14,460 nucleotides of DNA, taken from the IMG/VR virus record IMGVR_UViG_2645727821_000004, positions 1-14,460 of that record; one strand, written 5' to 3'. The position numbers and the translations under genes are program-made. This document shows positions 1-7,655 of this stretch, in pieces. Position 1 is the first letter of the stretch; every line of letters starts with the position of its first letter. This DNA is from a virus (Duplodnaviria > Heunggongvirae > Uroviricota > Caudoviricetes). The notes under the pieces were generated by a model that saw only the letters and a program-made list of their open reading frames with translations, had not been told where the DNA came from and ran no database searches.

Positions 1-79
1 TGTGAACACTGACTGCAATATCAACTGGCTCTCCGGAAACAAGAAAAACTGTCAGAACAAGTGCAAATGCTGTATTCAT
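1..79 (-). CDS. ydfD: YdfD-like small membrane/lysis protein, N-terminal part only; gene continues past the window start
   Basis: Minus-strand ATG at 79-77 overlaps the dicB stop (ATGA). In-window translation MNTAFALVLTVFLVSGEPVDIAVSVH is a hydrophobic N-terminus matching my recollection of Qin YdfD. Partial ORF, not in the six-frame track. Confidence 0.5.
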   Translation of the reverse strand, partial: MNTAFALVLTVFLVSGEPVDIAVSVH

Positions 80-264
80 TGCCAGCATCCTTTTTGTATC
101 GGACGTAAACGGGCCAGCATTGAAAGAATGCATATTTTATTTAATAACTCCCGTTCGTGTTTTCTCTTGTTAATGGCATCTTCAGTAAATACAGGATTAC
201 TGATAGTGACACCAATTTCAAAACAACCTTCAGACGTATTAACGTTTGGTAATAACGTTTTCAT
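76..264 (-). CDS. dicB: DicB-like cell-division inhibitor (62 aa)
   Basis: ATG at 264-262 inside track ORF 76..369 gives MKTLLPNVNTSEGCFEIGVTISNPVFTEDAINKRK..., near-identical to recalled E. coli DicB. Lies directly downstream of DicF, the canonical dicF-dicB order. Confidence 0.75.
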   Translation of the reverse strand: MKTLLPNVNTSEGCFEIGVTISNPVFTEDAINKRKHERELLNKICILSMLARLRPIQKGCWQ

Positions 265-438
265 TATCGCGCCCTCAACAATGAGTTTTGTGATGCGGTG
301 CCTGGTGCCTCCAGGTGACGTTAACCAGTTAACAATTAACACCGGATACAGAGAATCCACCCATAACACTGTTTTTGGTTTTAACTGTTCCGCGTGCGCT
401 TAGCCGCATTCACCGCATCACAAAATTCACTTTAAAAA

Positions 439-491
439 GGGCGGCAGAGCAGTCACGGAGTAAAACTGATACCGCCAAACGTCACCAGAAA
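439..491 (-). ncRNA. dicF: DicF small RNA (53 nt), Hfq-dependent ftsZ-targeting sRNA of the dicB operon
   Basis: Minus-strand sequence TTTCTGGTGACGTTTGGCGGTATCAGTTTTACTCCGTGACTGCTCTGCCGCCC matches the DicF sequence as I recall it, followed by TTTTT (plus 434-438). No ORF on that strand; dicB follows. Confidence 0.8.
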
Positions 492-1037
492 ATTGATAAC
501 AGAGGGCGTTGCAGCGGGGTTGTCACTTAAGCGTATGGTCAACCTGACAACCCGGTGTTCTCAACGGGGAAGGAATAACCCCGCCATACTTACCGTCGCG
601 CCATTTCGCGGAGTGCCACAACCGGAAGCGCACGGTCGAATTAAATTTAACGACACCGTACAGAGAGACCAATTTCGCCGTGCACTTTCGCGTTATGCCC
701 TGGCTTTTCAGGGATATATCCTTTCAGTAAACTGTCAGTACCGGATTCTTATCCGTGTCCGGCGCACGACCACACGTGACAGCGTGTTGGCCTCCATTTT
801 TAACCCAGAACCTCAATGGAGGATAAAATGCCAAACAAAAAAAGAAATCCGCTTATTGAAAAACAGATTGAATGCCTGGTAAATCAACTCAAGCAATCAG
901 GGTTATTAAAAACTCATTCAGAGTTGAGGCTCACAGAATCAGCATTCGACGATAAATTAAATAATGTCCTTTATAATGGCATTATTGATTTTAATCGTTC
1001 TTTTGGTCGCCGCGGCCCTGCTGGTGTTTCCTTATAA

Positions 1038-1676
1038 TTACCAGTCAATCCAGAGCGGACCGTGTTCAGCGTAAATATAACTGTACACATCCAGATTATA
1101 TTTGTGGTCTGTTAAGAACAGGCCGCAAATACATGCCGAAGCTTCCAGGGCAGCGGCTCTGTTACTGAATAACCATGTAGCAACATTCCAGCGTTTTTCT
1201 GCATCCCAGTCTTTCTCAAGGCCTGATACCATGAAGAAACCGTTAGTGTTGCCATCAAATAATTCTGTTTCCAGATTTTTAAGCAATGCCTGATGGACTC
1301 TTGCCAGGTATTCCGCCGGAATTTCGCCACGAATTCTGATGAGATTGTCATAAACAAACATGTTCCCCGCATATGGCGATTTTTCTTTCTTGTTTTTTAA
1401 ACCAGCATCATGAGCAAACTGTTCAATTTCTTCTTCCGTTGGTTTCGTATTGATGTTTTGCGCTGTCGTTTCTGCAATTTTCTTTGCCACACTCTCTGAG
1501 TCGTGTTTATTTACAGACGCACAGAAATACAATCCGGTAAACGCATCGCGCACATTACGAGCCATATTATCAGTGTCTTTTTTCGTTACCGATTCCAATG
1601 CAAGTTCGTTCAGACGATGACGAAGTGTGTGTGCTGCAATCTCCTGGATTGAAGTAGGTAAATCTTTAAATTCCAT
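1038..1676 (-). CDS. hypothetical protein (212 aa), unknown function, in repressor-controlled leftward operon
   Basis: Track ORF 1038..1688. ATG at 1676-1674 is preferred because GAGG sits 6 nt upstream on the minus strand; the ATG at 1688 has no SD. Soluble protein, no motif I recognise. Confidence 0.55.
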   Translation of the reverse strand: MEFKDLPTSIQEIAAHTLRHRLNELALESVTKKDTDNMARNVRDAFTGLYFCASVNKHDSESVAKKIAETTAQNINTKPTEEEIEQFAHDAGLKNKKEKSPYAGNMFVYDNLIRIRGEIPAEYLARVHQALLKNLETELFDGNTNGFFMVSGLEKDWDAEKRWNVATWLFSNRAAALEASACICGLFLTDHKYNLDVYSYIYAEHGPLWIDW

Positions 1677-1687
1677 CGTCAACCTCA

Positions 1688-1840
1688 TCAGTCAGAGTTT
1701 CTTGCTAACCAGCGATGCGCGCCAGCTTCGGTTTTAAACGTTTTACTTTTGGTATACGTCATCGCGGTGAACGTGCCGTCCTGGTTGGGAAACACGCCGT
1801 ACACCAGAGATTCGTTGTTGCCAAGATCGATAGTATCCAT
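1688..1840 (-). CDS. small protein (50 aa), first gene of leftward operon; YdfA-like by position
   Basis: Track ORF 1688..1921. Internal ATG at 1840-1838 has an AGG-N5 SD and gives MDTIDLGNNESLVYGVFPNQDGTFTAMTYTKSKTFKTEAGAHRWLARNSD, matching the expected ~51-aa YdfA size. The 77-aa start at 1921 also has a GAGG SD and cannot be excluded. Confidence 0.5.
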   Translation of the reverse strand: MDTIDLGNNESLVYGVFPNQDGTFTAMTYTKSKTFKTEAGAHRWLARNSD

Positions 1841-2022
1841 GCTGACCTCATTTCCCCTTAACGCCGGGGTAGCGGAACAAAAACCTGCTGCATAGTTATT
1901 AAAGTTGAACCCTGCCGTCATGTTCTTACGCCTCGGGCTGGCTACTTAACCCCTGACCACTGCCTGGTAACTCGAAGTATTGCCCTGCGTTCTGTGGGGC
2001 GGGGTGGGTTGGCATGAAAGGA

Positions 2023-2063
2023 AGGATACCCATGGGTATTTAAAAAGTAAATACCCATGGGTA
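2023..2063 (-). promoter_or_regulatory. Leftward early promoter candidate (PL/PdicB-like) with two identical 12-bp palindromic operators
   Basis: Perfect palindrome TACCCATGGGTA at 2027-2038 and 2052-2063 (25-bp centre spacing). Minus-strand -35 TTTACT (plus 2046-2051) and -10 TATCCT (plus 2023-2028) with 17-bp spacer; the -10 overlaps operator 1. Confidence 0.5.
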
Positions 2064-2107
2064 ATTTTTTTTGATGTATCTTAACCGGTGACTGATTGTT
2101 TGGTGAG

Positions 2108-2527
2108 TTATGATGCGTTTTGTGCTTTCTTTTTACGGATTTCTTCGTAGATCATATTGTAATACTGTTTTTTCTCTTCAAGAGTTTTTAATAAGTTATC
2201 CGCTTCACTTTCTGGTAGTTCGTCTAAGAGATCTAAAAAAATACGTTGTCGTGGCGTTAGAACCCTTGTTTCATAATTGGAGGCTGTGTTCGTTGATGAT
2301 GAAACGATACCATCCATCCATCCCCGAGGTAACCCAAAGGACTCTTCTATAATCTCCACCATATCATCTGCGATCCGTTTTTTTCCTTTTTTCCCCTCTG
2401 GGTACAACATTCTTGATACATAAGAAGGCTCGCGACCGATCTTTCTGGCCACGTTAACCGCTTTACCATCGCATTTCTCATCACGAATTTTGATGAGTTG
2501 TTGTCGTCTAAATTCATATTTGTCCAT
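2108..2527 (-). CDS. Prophage immunity repressor, HTH, DicA/RacR-like; no S24 peptidase domain
   Basis: Track ORF 2108..2569 (TTG start would read through the operators); ATG at 2527-2525 preferred, 139 aa. HTH-like AVNVARKIGREPSYVSRML. C-terminus with LPESEADNLL resembles recalled DicA (ALPESEQD). Divergent from the cro-like gene across an operator-rich 100-bp region. Confidence 0.7.
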   Translation of the reverse strand: MDKYEFRRQQLIKIRDEKCDGKAVNVARKIGREPSYVSRMLYPEGKKGKKRIADDMVEIIEESFGLPRGWMDGIVSSSTNTASNYETRVLTPRQRIFLDLLDELPESEADNLLKTLEEKKQYYNMIYEEIRKKKAQNAS

Positions 2528-2548
2528 AGGTAAATAATAGATGCGATT

Positions 2549-2603
2549 ACCGCAAGGTAAACAACCCAAGGGTATTGACTTTTGTTTACCCGCAGGTATT
2601 CTT
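2549..2603 (+). promoter_or_regulatory. Rightward early promoter (PR-like) with three operator 12-mers (OR1-3 analogues)
   Basis: TACC-N4-GGTA 12-mers at 2549-2560, 2563-2574 and 2587-2598. -35 TTGACT at 2575-2580, -10 TATTCT at 2597-2602 (16-bp spacer). AAGGAG SD at 2617-2622 precedes the cro-like ATG at 2628. Confidence 0.55.
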
Positions 2604-2627
2604 TGCTGTGTTTACTAAGGAGTAGCT

Positions 2628-2909
2628 ATGGAAGAATTAAGAATATTTCTCAATTCTCTTTCGTCAGATGAACAGCGTATGTTTGCATGTGAGTGTGGTA
2701 CTAGCATCGGTTATCTAAGAAAGGCATTGAGTAAAGGTCAAGTGTTAGGGGCATCGTTATGTGTCCTTATTGAGCGAGCCAGTAATGGTGAAGTTACACG
2801 TCAGCAACTAAGGCCTTTTGATTGGATGAATATTTGGCCTGAGCTGGAAGATACCAAAACGTTAACACAACCACTTTCTAGGAGCTTGATTCATGAAAAT
2901 CAGGCATGA
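2628..2909 (+). CDS. Cro-like HTH regulator (YdaS/DicC-type)
   Basis: 93 aa with strong SD; HTH-like CECGTSIGYLRKALSKG; a ...QLRPFDW motif resembles recalled YdaS. First gene rightward of the operators. Confidence 0.65.
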   Translation: MEELRIFLNSLSSDEQRMFACECGTSIGYLRKALSKGQVLGASLCVLIERASNGEVTRQQLRPFDWMNIWPELEDTKTLTQPLSRSLIHENQA

Positions 2910-3318
2910 ACACATCCGCATGGCGATGAATGCATGGGCGCGTCCTGATGGTGAAAAAGTTCCTGCGGCTGAGATAACCAGGGCGTATTTCGAACTGGGT
3001 ATGACGTTCCCGGAACTGTACGACGACAGCCACCCAGAAGCCCTGGCGCGTAATACCCAGAAAATTTTCCGCTGGGTAGAGAAAGACACCCCTGATGCAG
3101 TTGAAAAAATTCAGGCGTTGTTACCGGCGATCGAAAAGGCAATGCCGCCTCTGCTGGTGGCCAGAATGCGCAGCCACAGTTCAGCTTATTTTCGGGAGCT
3201 GGTGGAGATGCGGGAACGACTGGTGAGAGACGCTGATGATTTTGTCGCGGTGGCAATAGCTGGCTTCAACCAGATCAACCGTGGTGGCCCGGCCGGAAAT
3301 GCTGTGGCTGTGCATTGA
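2893..3318 (+). CDS. YdaT-like protein (CII functional analogue / toxic regulator family)
   Basis: 141 aa; AGGAG SD at 2880-2884. Starts MKIRHEHI and ends ...VH, with KIQALLPAI motif, as in recalled Rac YdaT. Overlaps the cro-like gene by 17 nt. Confidence 0.65.
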   Translation: MKIRHEHIRMAMNAWARPDGEKVPAAEITRAYFELGMTFPELYDDSHPEALARNTQKIFRWVEKDTPDAVEKIQALLPAIEKAMPPLLVARMRSHSSAYFRELVEMRERLVRDADDFVAVAIAGFNQINRGGPAGNAVAVH

Positions 3319-3389
3319 TCGGCAATATTCATACCGGATCTCTTTCGGTAATACGTGATTAAAAAGATTCGGTATCTGAAGAGGTTAGT

Positions 3390-4460
3390 ATGGCTAATGC
3401 CTGGCTCAGATTATGGCATGACATGCCAAATGACCCCAAGTGGCGAACCATTGCCCGGGTGTCAGGTCAGCCAATTGCAACAGTGATGGCTGTGTATATC
3501 CACCTCCTGGTGAGCGCGTCACGAAATGTCACGCGAGGTCACGTTGATGTCACGACCGAGGATTTGGCAAGCGCGCTCGATGTGACAGAAGAGGTGATTG
3601 ATTCAATTTTGCAGGCAATGCAGGGGCGGGTTCTGAAGGGGGATCTTATCACCGGATGGGAAAAACGCCAGGTACTGAAGGAGGATAACGGTAACGTTTC
3701 GCCAACCGCAAAATCCCCGGCAGAGCGCAAGAGAGCGCAGCGGGAGAGGGAAAGGCAGCGGGAGCAAAATGGCGACTGTCACGGCGTGTCACGAAATGTC
3801 ACGCACATGTCACGACGAGTCACGACAGATAAAGATACAGATAAAGATACAGATCAAGAAGATCAAAACACTATGGTTCATGGCGAGAAAAACGCCACGA
3901 ACCTGACAGGGGATGTTCAGACCGTCAATCCTGGTCAGCCGGCAGGCACGACACCGGAAGCCGATTCAGCGTATGCGCTGAAAGCCGATTCGGGCGCTGT
4001 GCAGCAGGCGATGGTCGCCGGACCGGAGAGATCACACCAACCGCAGCAGCCTGAAGCCGATTCCGCCCTTCAGCGGGAAGCCGATCGGGTAGTCCCGGAA
4101 AACACCGGGCAGCCTGTGGGACGAGTGGATTACCCGGACGGGTTCGAACAGGTCTGGCGGGAATATCCGCTGCGTGCCGGGGCAAATCCGAAGAAATCCG
4201 CGTTCAGTGCCTGGAAGGCCAGGTTACGCGAGGGGGTGCCACCGCAGGTCATGCTGGATGGTGTGAGGCGTTACGCGAGGTACCTGGCGGCGACCGGGAA
4301 AGCGGGAACGGAATTTGTTCAGCGGGCGACAACGTTTTTTGGACCTGACCGGAATTTTGAAAACCCCTGGTTGCTCCCGACTGGCGGGACGAACAACCAG
4401 CGTTGTGTGAATCATATTTCCGAACCGGATACCGAAATTCCACCAGGTTTCAGGGGGTGA
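3390..4460 (+). CDS. Replication initiator (lambda O-like / YdaU-like) containing an internal origin
   Basis: 356 aa; GAAGAGG SD. Lies immediately upstream of the DnaC-like gene; iteron arrays and an AT-rich tract inside the coding sequence (next two features) parallel lambda ori within O. Confidence 0.7.
   Translation: MANAWLRLWHDMPNDPKWRTIARVSGQPIATVMAVYIHLLVSASRNVTRGHVDVTTEDLASALDVTEEVIDSILQAMQGRVLKGDLITGWEKRQVLKEDNGNVSPTAKSPAERKRAQRERERQREQNGDCHGVSRNVTHMSRRVTTDKDTDKDTDQEDQNTMVHGEKNATNLTGDVQTVNPGQPAGTTPEADSAYALKADSGAVQQAMVAGPERSHQPQQPEADSALQREADRVVPENTGQPVGRVDYPDGFEQVWREYPLRAGANPKKSAFSAWKARLREGVPPQVMLDGVRRYARYLAATGKAGTEFVQRATTFFGPDRNFENPWLLPTGGTNNQRCVNHISEPDTEIPPGFRG
3518..3554. repeat. 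Iteron array 1: four GTCACG repeats at 10-11 bp periodicity
   Basis: GTCACG at 3518, 3528, 3538 and 3549, read directly from the sequence. Confidence 0.7.
3778..3866. repeat. Iteron array 2 (five GTCACG repeats) plus adjacent AT-rich tandem repeats with two GATC sites; putative replication origin
   Basis: GTCACG at 3778, 3788, 3798, 3809 and 3819. Tandem AGATAAAGATAC at 3827-3838 and 3839-3850. GATC at 3852-3855 and 3861-3864. Confidence 0.65.
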
Positions 4461-4466
4461 AGGATT

Positions 4467-5213
4467 ATGAAAAATATAGCGACAGGAGGCGTTCTTGAAC
4501 GTATCCGCAAGCTGGCACCACAGCATGTAACCGCGCCGTACCGGACGGCAGAAGAGTGGCGTGAGTGGCAACTTGCGGAAGGCCAGAAACGTTGCGAGGA
4601 GATCAACCGTCAGAATCGTCAGTTGCGGGTGGAAAAAATTCTGAATCGCTCCGGTATCCAGCCGTTGCACCGCAAATGTTCGTTTGCGAATTACCGGGTG
4701 CAGAACGACGGCCAGCGATATGCGCTGAGCCAGGCAAAATCCATCGCGGACGTACTGATAACCGGATGCACAAATTTCGTGTTCAGCGGTAAGCCGGGTA
4801 CCGGAAAAAATCACCTGGCAGCCGCCATTGGTAATCATCTTCTGGAGAAAGGTCGCAGCGTGATTGTGGTCACGGTGGCTGATGTGATGCTGGCGCTACA
4901 CGGCAGCTACGACAACAAAAACTCAGGCGAAAAATTTTTGCAGGGTTTGTGTGACGTTGACCTGCTGGTTCTGGATGAGATTGGCATGCAGCGTGATACG
5001 CGCAACGAACAGGTCACACTGAACCAGATCGTCGATCGCAGAACAGCCGCGATGCGCAGTGTCGGGCTGCTGACGAACCTGAACCATACCGCAATGAGCA
5101 CCCTGCTTGGCTGGCGCGTGATGGACCGCATGACCATGAACGGTGGGCGCTGGGTGAATTTTAACTGGGAGAGCTGGCGTCCGAATGTCGGTCAGCCAGG
5201 AATTGAAAAGTAA
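4467..5213 (+). CDS. DnaC-like AAA+ helicase loader (phage replication protein P analogue, YdaV-like)
   Basis: 248 aa. Walker A GKPGTGKNHLA and Walker B LLVLDEIG. Start 7 nt after the initiator stop, with GGTGAAGGA SD. Confidence 0.85.
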   Translation: MKNIATGGVLERIRKLAPQHVTAPYRTAEEWREWQLAEGQKRCEEINRQNRQLRVEKILNRSGIQPLHRKCSFANYRVQNDGQRYALSQAKSIADVLITGCTNFVFSGKPGTGKNHLAAAIGNHLLEKGRSVIVVTVADVMLALHGSYDNKNSGEKFLQGLCDVDLLVLDEIGMQRDTRNEQVTLNQIVDRRTAAMRSVGLLTNLNHTAMSTLLGWRVMDRMTMNGGRWVNFNWESWRPNVGQPGIEK

Positions 5214-5237
5214 TTTTTATCGGGGAGAAAAAATTTA

Positions 5238-6008
5238 ATGGAAACCGTTTTAGACGCACTGAAAGCGATGGGAAAAGCCACGTCGGTAGAACTGGCTACG
5301 CGACTTGATATCAGTCGTGAAGAAGTGCTGAACGAGCTGTGGGAACTGAAAAAGGCTGGCTTCGTTGATAAAAGCGTATACACCTGGCGTGTGGCTGGCG
5401 AAGGTGAATCCGGGGTAGCCGAAGAGCAGCCAGCACAATCTGAAGCACAGGATGTGCTAACCAGGGAGGTCGAACGAAAAGTTACCGCTGACATGATGAT
5501 TGAGTTTATCAGTCAGGAGGGGGCTAAAACGTGTGAGGAGCTGGCGGGTAAGTTCGGTGTCAGTACTCGCAAGGTTGCTTCCACGCTGGCGGTAGTAACC
5601 GCAACGGGGCGGCTGGCACGCGTTAATCAGAACGGTAAATTTCGTTACTGCATACCGGGCGATAATTTACCAGCAGAGCCGAAAGCTGCATCGGTAACAG
5701 AAGCTGATGGTAAATCCTTTCCTCTGCCATCAGGTGTTGCGTTACCAGTACAGGAGGCTGCAACACAGGAAGATATTAAAACAGAAACGGCGGCGGACAT
5801 TGTGCAGTCGCTACCACCGTTTACCGAAACGCAAGCGGATGACCTGGTTTTATCATCGCTGCATATGGCAAACCGCGAGCTGCGTCGGGCGAAAAGTTAT
5901 GTCCAGAAGTGGGAGCGTGTCTGCGCCGCGCTGCGGGAGCTGAACAAGCACCGGGATATTGTTCGACTGATTGTCGATTCCTCCAGTCGTATTGTGTCGG
6001 AAAAGTGA
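5238..6008 (+). CDS. hypothetical protein with two winged-helix-like modules and an acidic linker
   Basis: 256 aa; GGGAGA SD. wHTH-like segments [28 protein letters not shown] and [29 protein letters not shown]. Confidence 0.55.
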   Translation: METVLDALKAMGKATSVELATRLDISREEVLNELWELKKAGFVDKSVYTWRVAGEGESGVAEEQPAQSEAQDVLTREVERKVTADMMIEFISQEGAKTCEELAGKFGVSTRKVASTLAVVTATGRLARVNQNGKFRYCIPGDNLPAEPKAASVTEADGKSFPLPSGVALPVQEAATQEDIKTETAADIVQSLPPFTETQADDLVLSSLHMANRELRRAKSYVQKWERVCAALRELNKHRDIVRLIVDSSSRIVSEK

Positions 6009-6022
6009 TTGCCGGAGGCGCT

Positions 6023-6445
6023 ATGGCAAAAGTATTTACACAGGAAGAGCGGGAAGATGTGAAGGCTCGCATTGTGGAACTGGTACGCAGGGATGGGCGG
6101 AAAACGCGTAAACAACTGGAAAATGAAACCGGGGCGACGAGACATCTGATAGAAGTTCTGACGAAAGAGCTGGTAGCCAGTGGTGTTGTATATGGCTCAG
6201 GGTATGGAATATTTCCTTCAGAGCAGGCACGTAAGGACTGGATGAAAGCCATTGAAAAGATGTCGAAAGCAAAGTCAAAGAAACTGGCTGTGGTTGATCC
6301 TTACCTTATCTGGTCATTACCAGACGGAGAAATACGTCGTTACGACAGGCGCCTGAACATGATTTGTCACGATTGCCGGAAGAGCGAAGCTATGCAGCGT
6401 GTACTGGCTTTCTATCAGGGTAATTTTCAGGAGGCGATACTGTGA
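6023..6445 (+). CDS. hypothetical winged-helix-like protein (141 aa)
   Basis: ATG at 6023 with GGAGG SD at 6014-6018, inside track ORF 5909..6445 whose GTG start overlaps the upstream gene. Confidence 0.5.
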   Translation: MAKVFTQEEREDVKARIVELVRRDGRKTRKQLENETGATRHLIEVLTKELVASGVVYGSGYGIFPSEQARKDWMKAIEKMSKAKSKKLAVVDPYLIWSLPDGEIRRYDRRLNMICHDCRKSEAMQRVLAFYQGNFQEAIL

Positions 6446-6502
6446 GTGAAATTAGCTATCAGGCTTCAATTACCGCTGGCATTCGCATCAAAGGAGAGGA
6501 GC

Positions 6503-6859
6503 ATGGAAATAAAACCAGAAGATGAGTTAAGCAATATCGTTTTATTTCCGATAAAAGAGGATGACCCTCGTAATCAGGTTAATTTTCTTTATGAGCCATC
6601 GGAAAGACCATATTGCCATCACACTTCTGTCCGGGTTGACGAAAAAGAGCGTCAGGTCCGCTGTAAAATCTGCGGTGCAGTTGTGGAACCATTTGACTGG
6701 ATGCTCTCTGTGGCGAAAAGAGAAACCAGGATGGCAGATGATGTAAAACAATTGCGCCAGGAGGAACGGGAAAGGCGAAAAAATATAGAAAAGCTAATTC
6801 AGATTGAGCGCAACGTGAAAGCGCGGATACGCAGGGCGACAAAAGCCCGAACTGAATAA
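6503..6859 (+). CDS. hypothetical zinc-ribbon protein (118 aa)
   Basis: ATG at 6503 with AAAGGAGAGGAG SD, inside track ORF 6446..6859. Candidate zinc ribbon CHH ... CKICG; basic coiled C-terminus. Confidence 0.5.
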   Translation: MEIKPEDELSNIVLFPIKEDDPRNQVNFLYEPSERPYCHHTSVRVDEKERQVRCKICGAVVEPFDWMLSVAKRETRMADDVKQLRQEERERRKNIEKLIQIERNVKARIRRATKARTE

Positions 6860-6955
6860 TTAAATTTGGCACAGAACATAAAATTAATCCTTAACCGGAG
6901 GGATTTATGCACCCTCAGAACATCAGGAGGCCACCCGAAAAGGCGGTAGTGAAAA

Positions 6956-7363
6956 ATGGCTGAATTAACCAAAGAGCAATTAATCGAAGAAGTTAAATTA
7001 AAAATAGCGATTGCGAAATGCCATCCCAATTCAGGCGTGGCACGAGTAGAGGGTGAGTTATTCAAAATTGCAGTGACATCGCTGGAAGCAGAACCGATAG
7101 CGTGGGAATGCGGTGAAAACATAATCCTGTTTAATCCTGACACAGTTGAAGCATACGCAAAACGTGCGGAGATATCACCTAAACCACTATTCGCCGCCCC
7201 ACCTGTGCTGGTAGTGCCTGAAGGGCTTGTTAAAGCGGTACGCTTTTATGAACAGGTAAAGTGTGAGAATCCGCCAGCCGAAACCGGAGCATGGAAAGAC
7301 GCTGTTGACTGGGTACTCGAAGAAGCTTGCCAGGCTGTAAACATTGGCATCAAAGGAGGGTGA
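6956..7363 (+). CDS. hypothetical phage protein (135 aa), DUF550-like N-terminal module
   Basis: N-terminus LTKEQLIEEVKLKIAIAK ... VTSLEAE is paralogous to the N-terminus of the 7656..8471 product. Confidence 0.5.
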   Translation: MAELTKEQLIEEVKLKIAIAKCHPNSGVARVEGELFKIAVTSLEAEPIAWECGENIILFNPDTVEAYAKRAEISPKPLFAAPPVLVVPEGLVKAVRFYEQVKCENPPAETGAWKDAVDWVLEEACQAVNIGIKGG

Positions 7364-7364
7364 T

Positions 7365-7652
7365 ATGGCAACTTTGCAGGAATTAATCGACCTGACGCCA
7401 GAACAGGAAAAAGCGTGGAATCGCCTTGTGAAGGCTGTAAAGGATTTCAGGGCAGCCGGAGGAAAGTTTTATAGCGTCCTGGACACGCTGAGCGCATACA
7501 ACGGCGAGCACGTTGCCAGCATTGATAACGATAAGGGCTACCACACTGCAAGCGTCTATATGCCTAGCATTGATGCGCCAGGGCTAACCAGTTGGGCTGA
7601 TGATTGGCACGGCATCACGCTGAAAGATGGCGTTGAAGTGGATGAGGACTAA
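7365..7652 (+). CDS. hypothetical protein (95 aa)
   Basis: ATG at 7365 with AAAGGAGGG SD at 7352-7360, inside track ORF 7344..7652 (TTG start). Confidence 0.5.
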   Translation: MATLQELIDLTPEQEKAWNRLVKAVKDFRAAGGKFYSVLDTLSAYNGEHVASIDNDKGYHTASVYMPSIDAPGLTSWADDWHGITLKDGVEVDED

Positions 7653-7655
7653 CAC

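Noticed and set aside
2-403. 133-aa plus-strand ORF (track 2..403)
   Set aside because: It is antisense to the dicB coding sequence and the dicB-ydfD junction, has a GTG start without an SD, and a low-complexity Cys/Asn-rich product. Most likely a shadow ORF.
493-882. 129-aa plus-strand ORF (track 493..882)
   Set aside because: Alternative start with no SD, Arg-rich product typical of out-of-frame GC-rich sequence, antisense to the DicF precursor region. Treated as non-coding.
1996-2012. G-run tract GGGGCGGGGTGGGTTGG between the leftward promoter and first leftward gene
   Set aside because: Only three or four short G-runs, inside a transcript leader; it could be part of leader structure but there is no basis to call a G-quadruplex or regulatory element.
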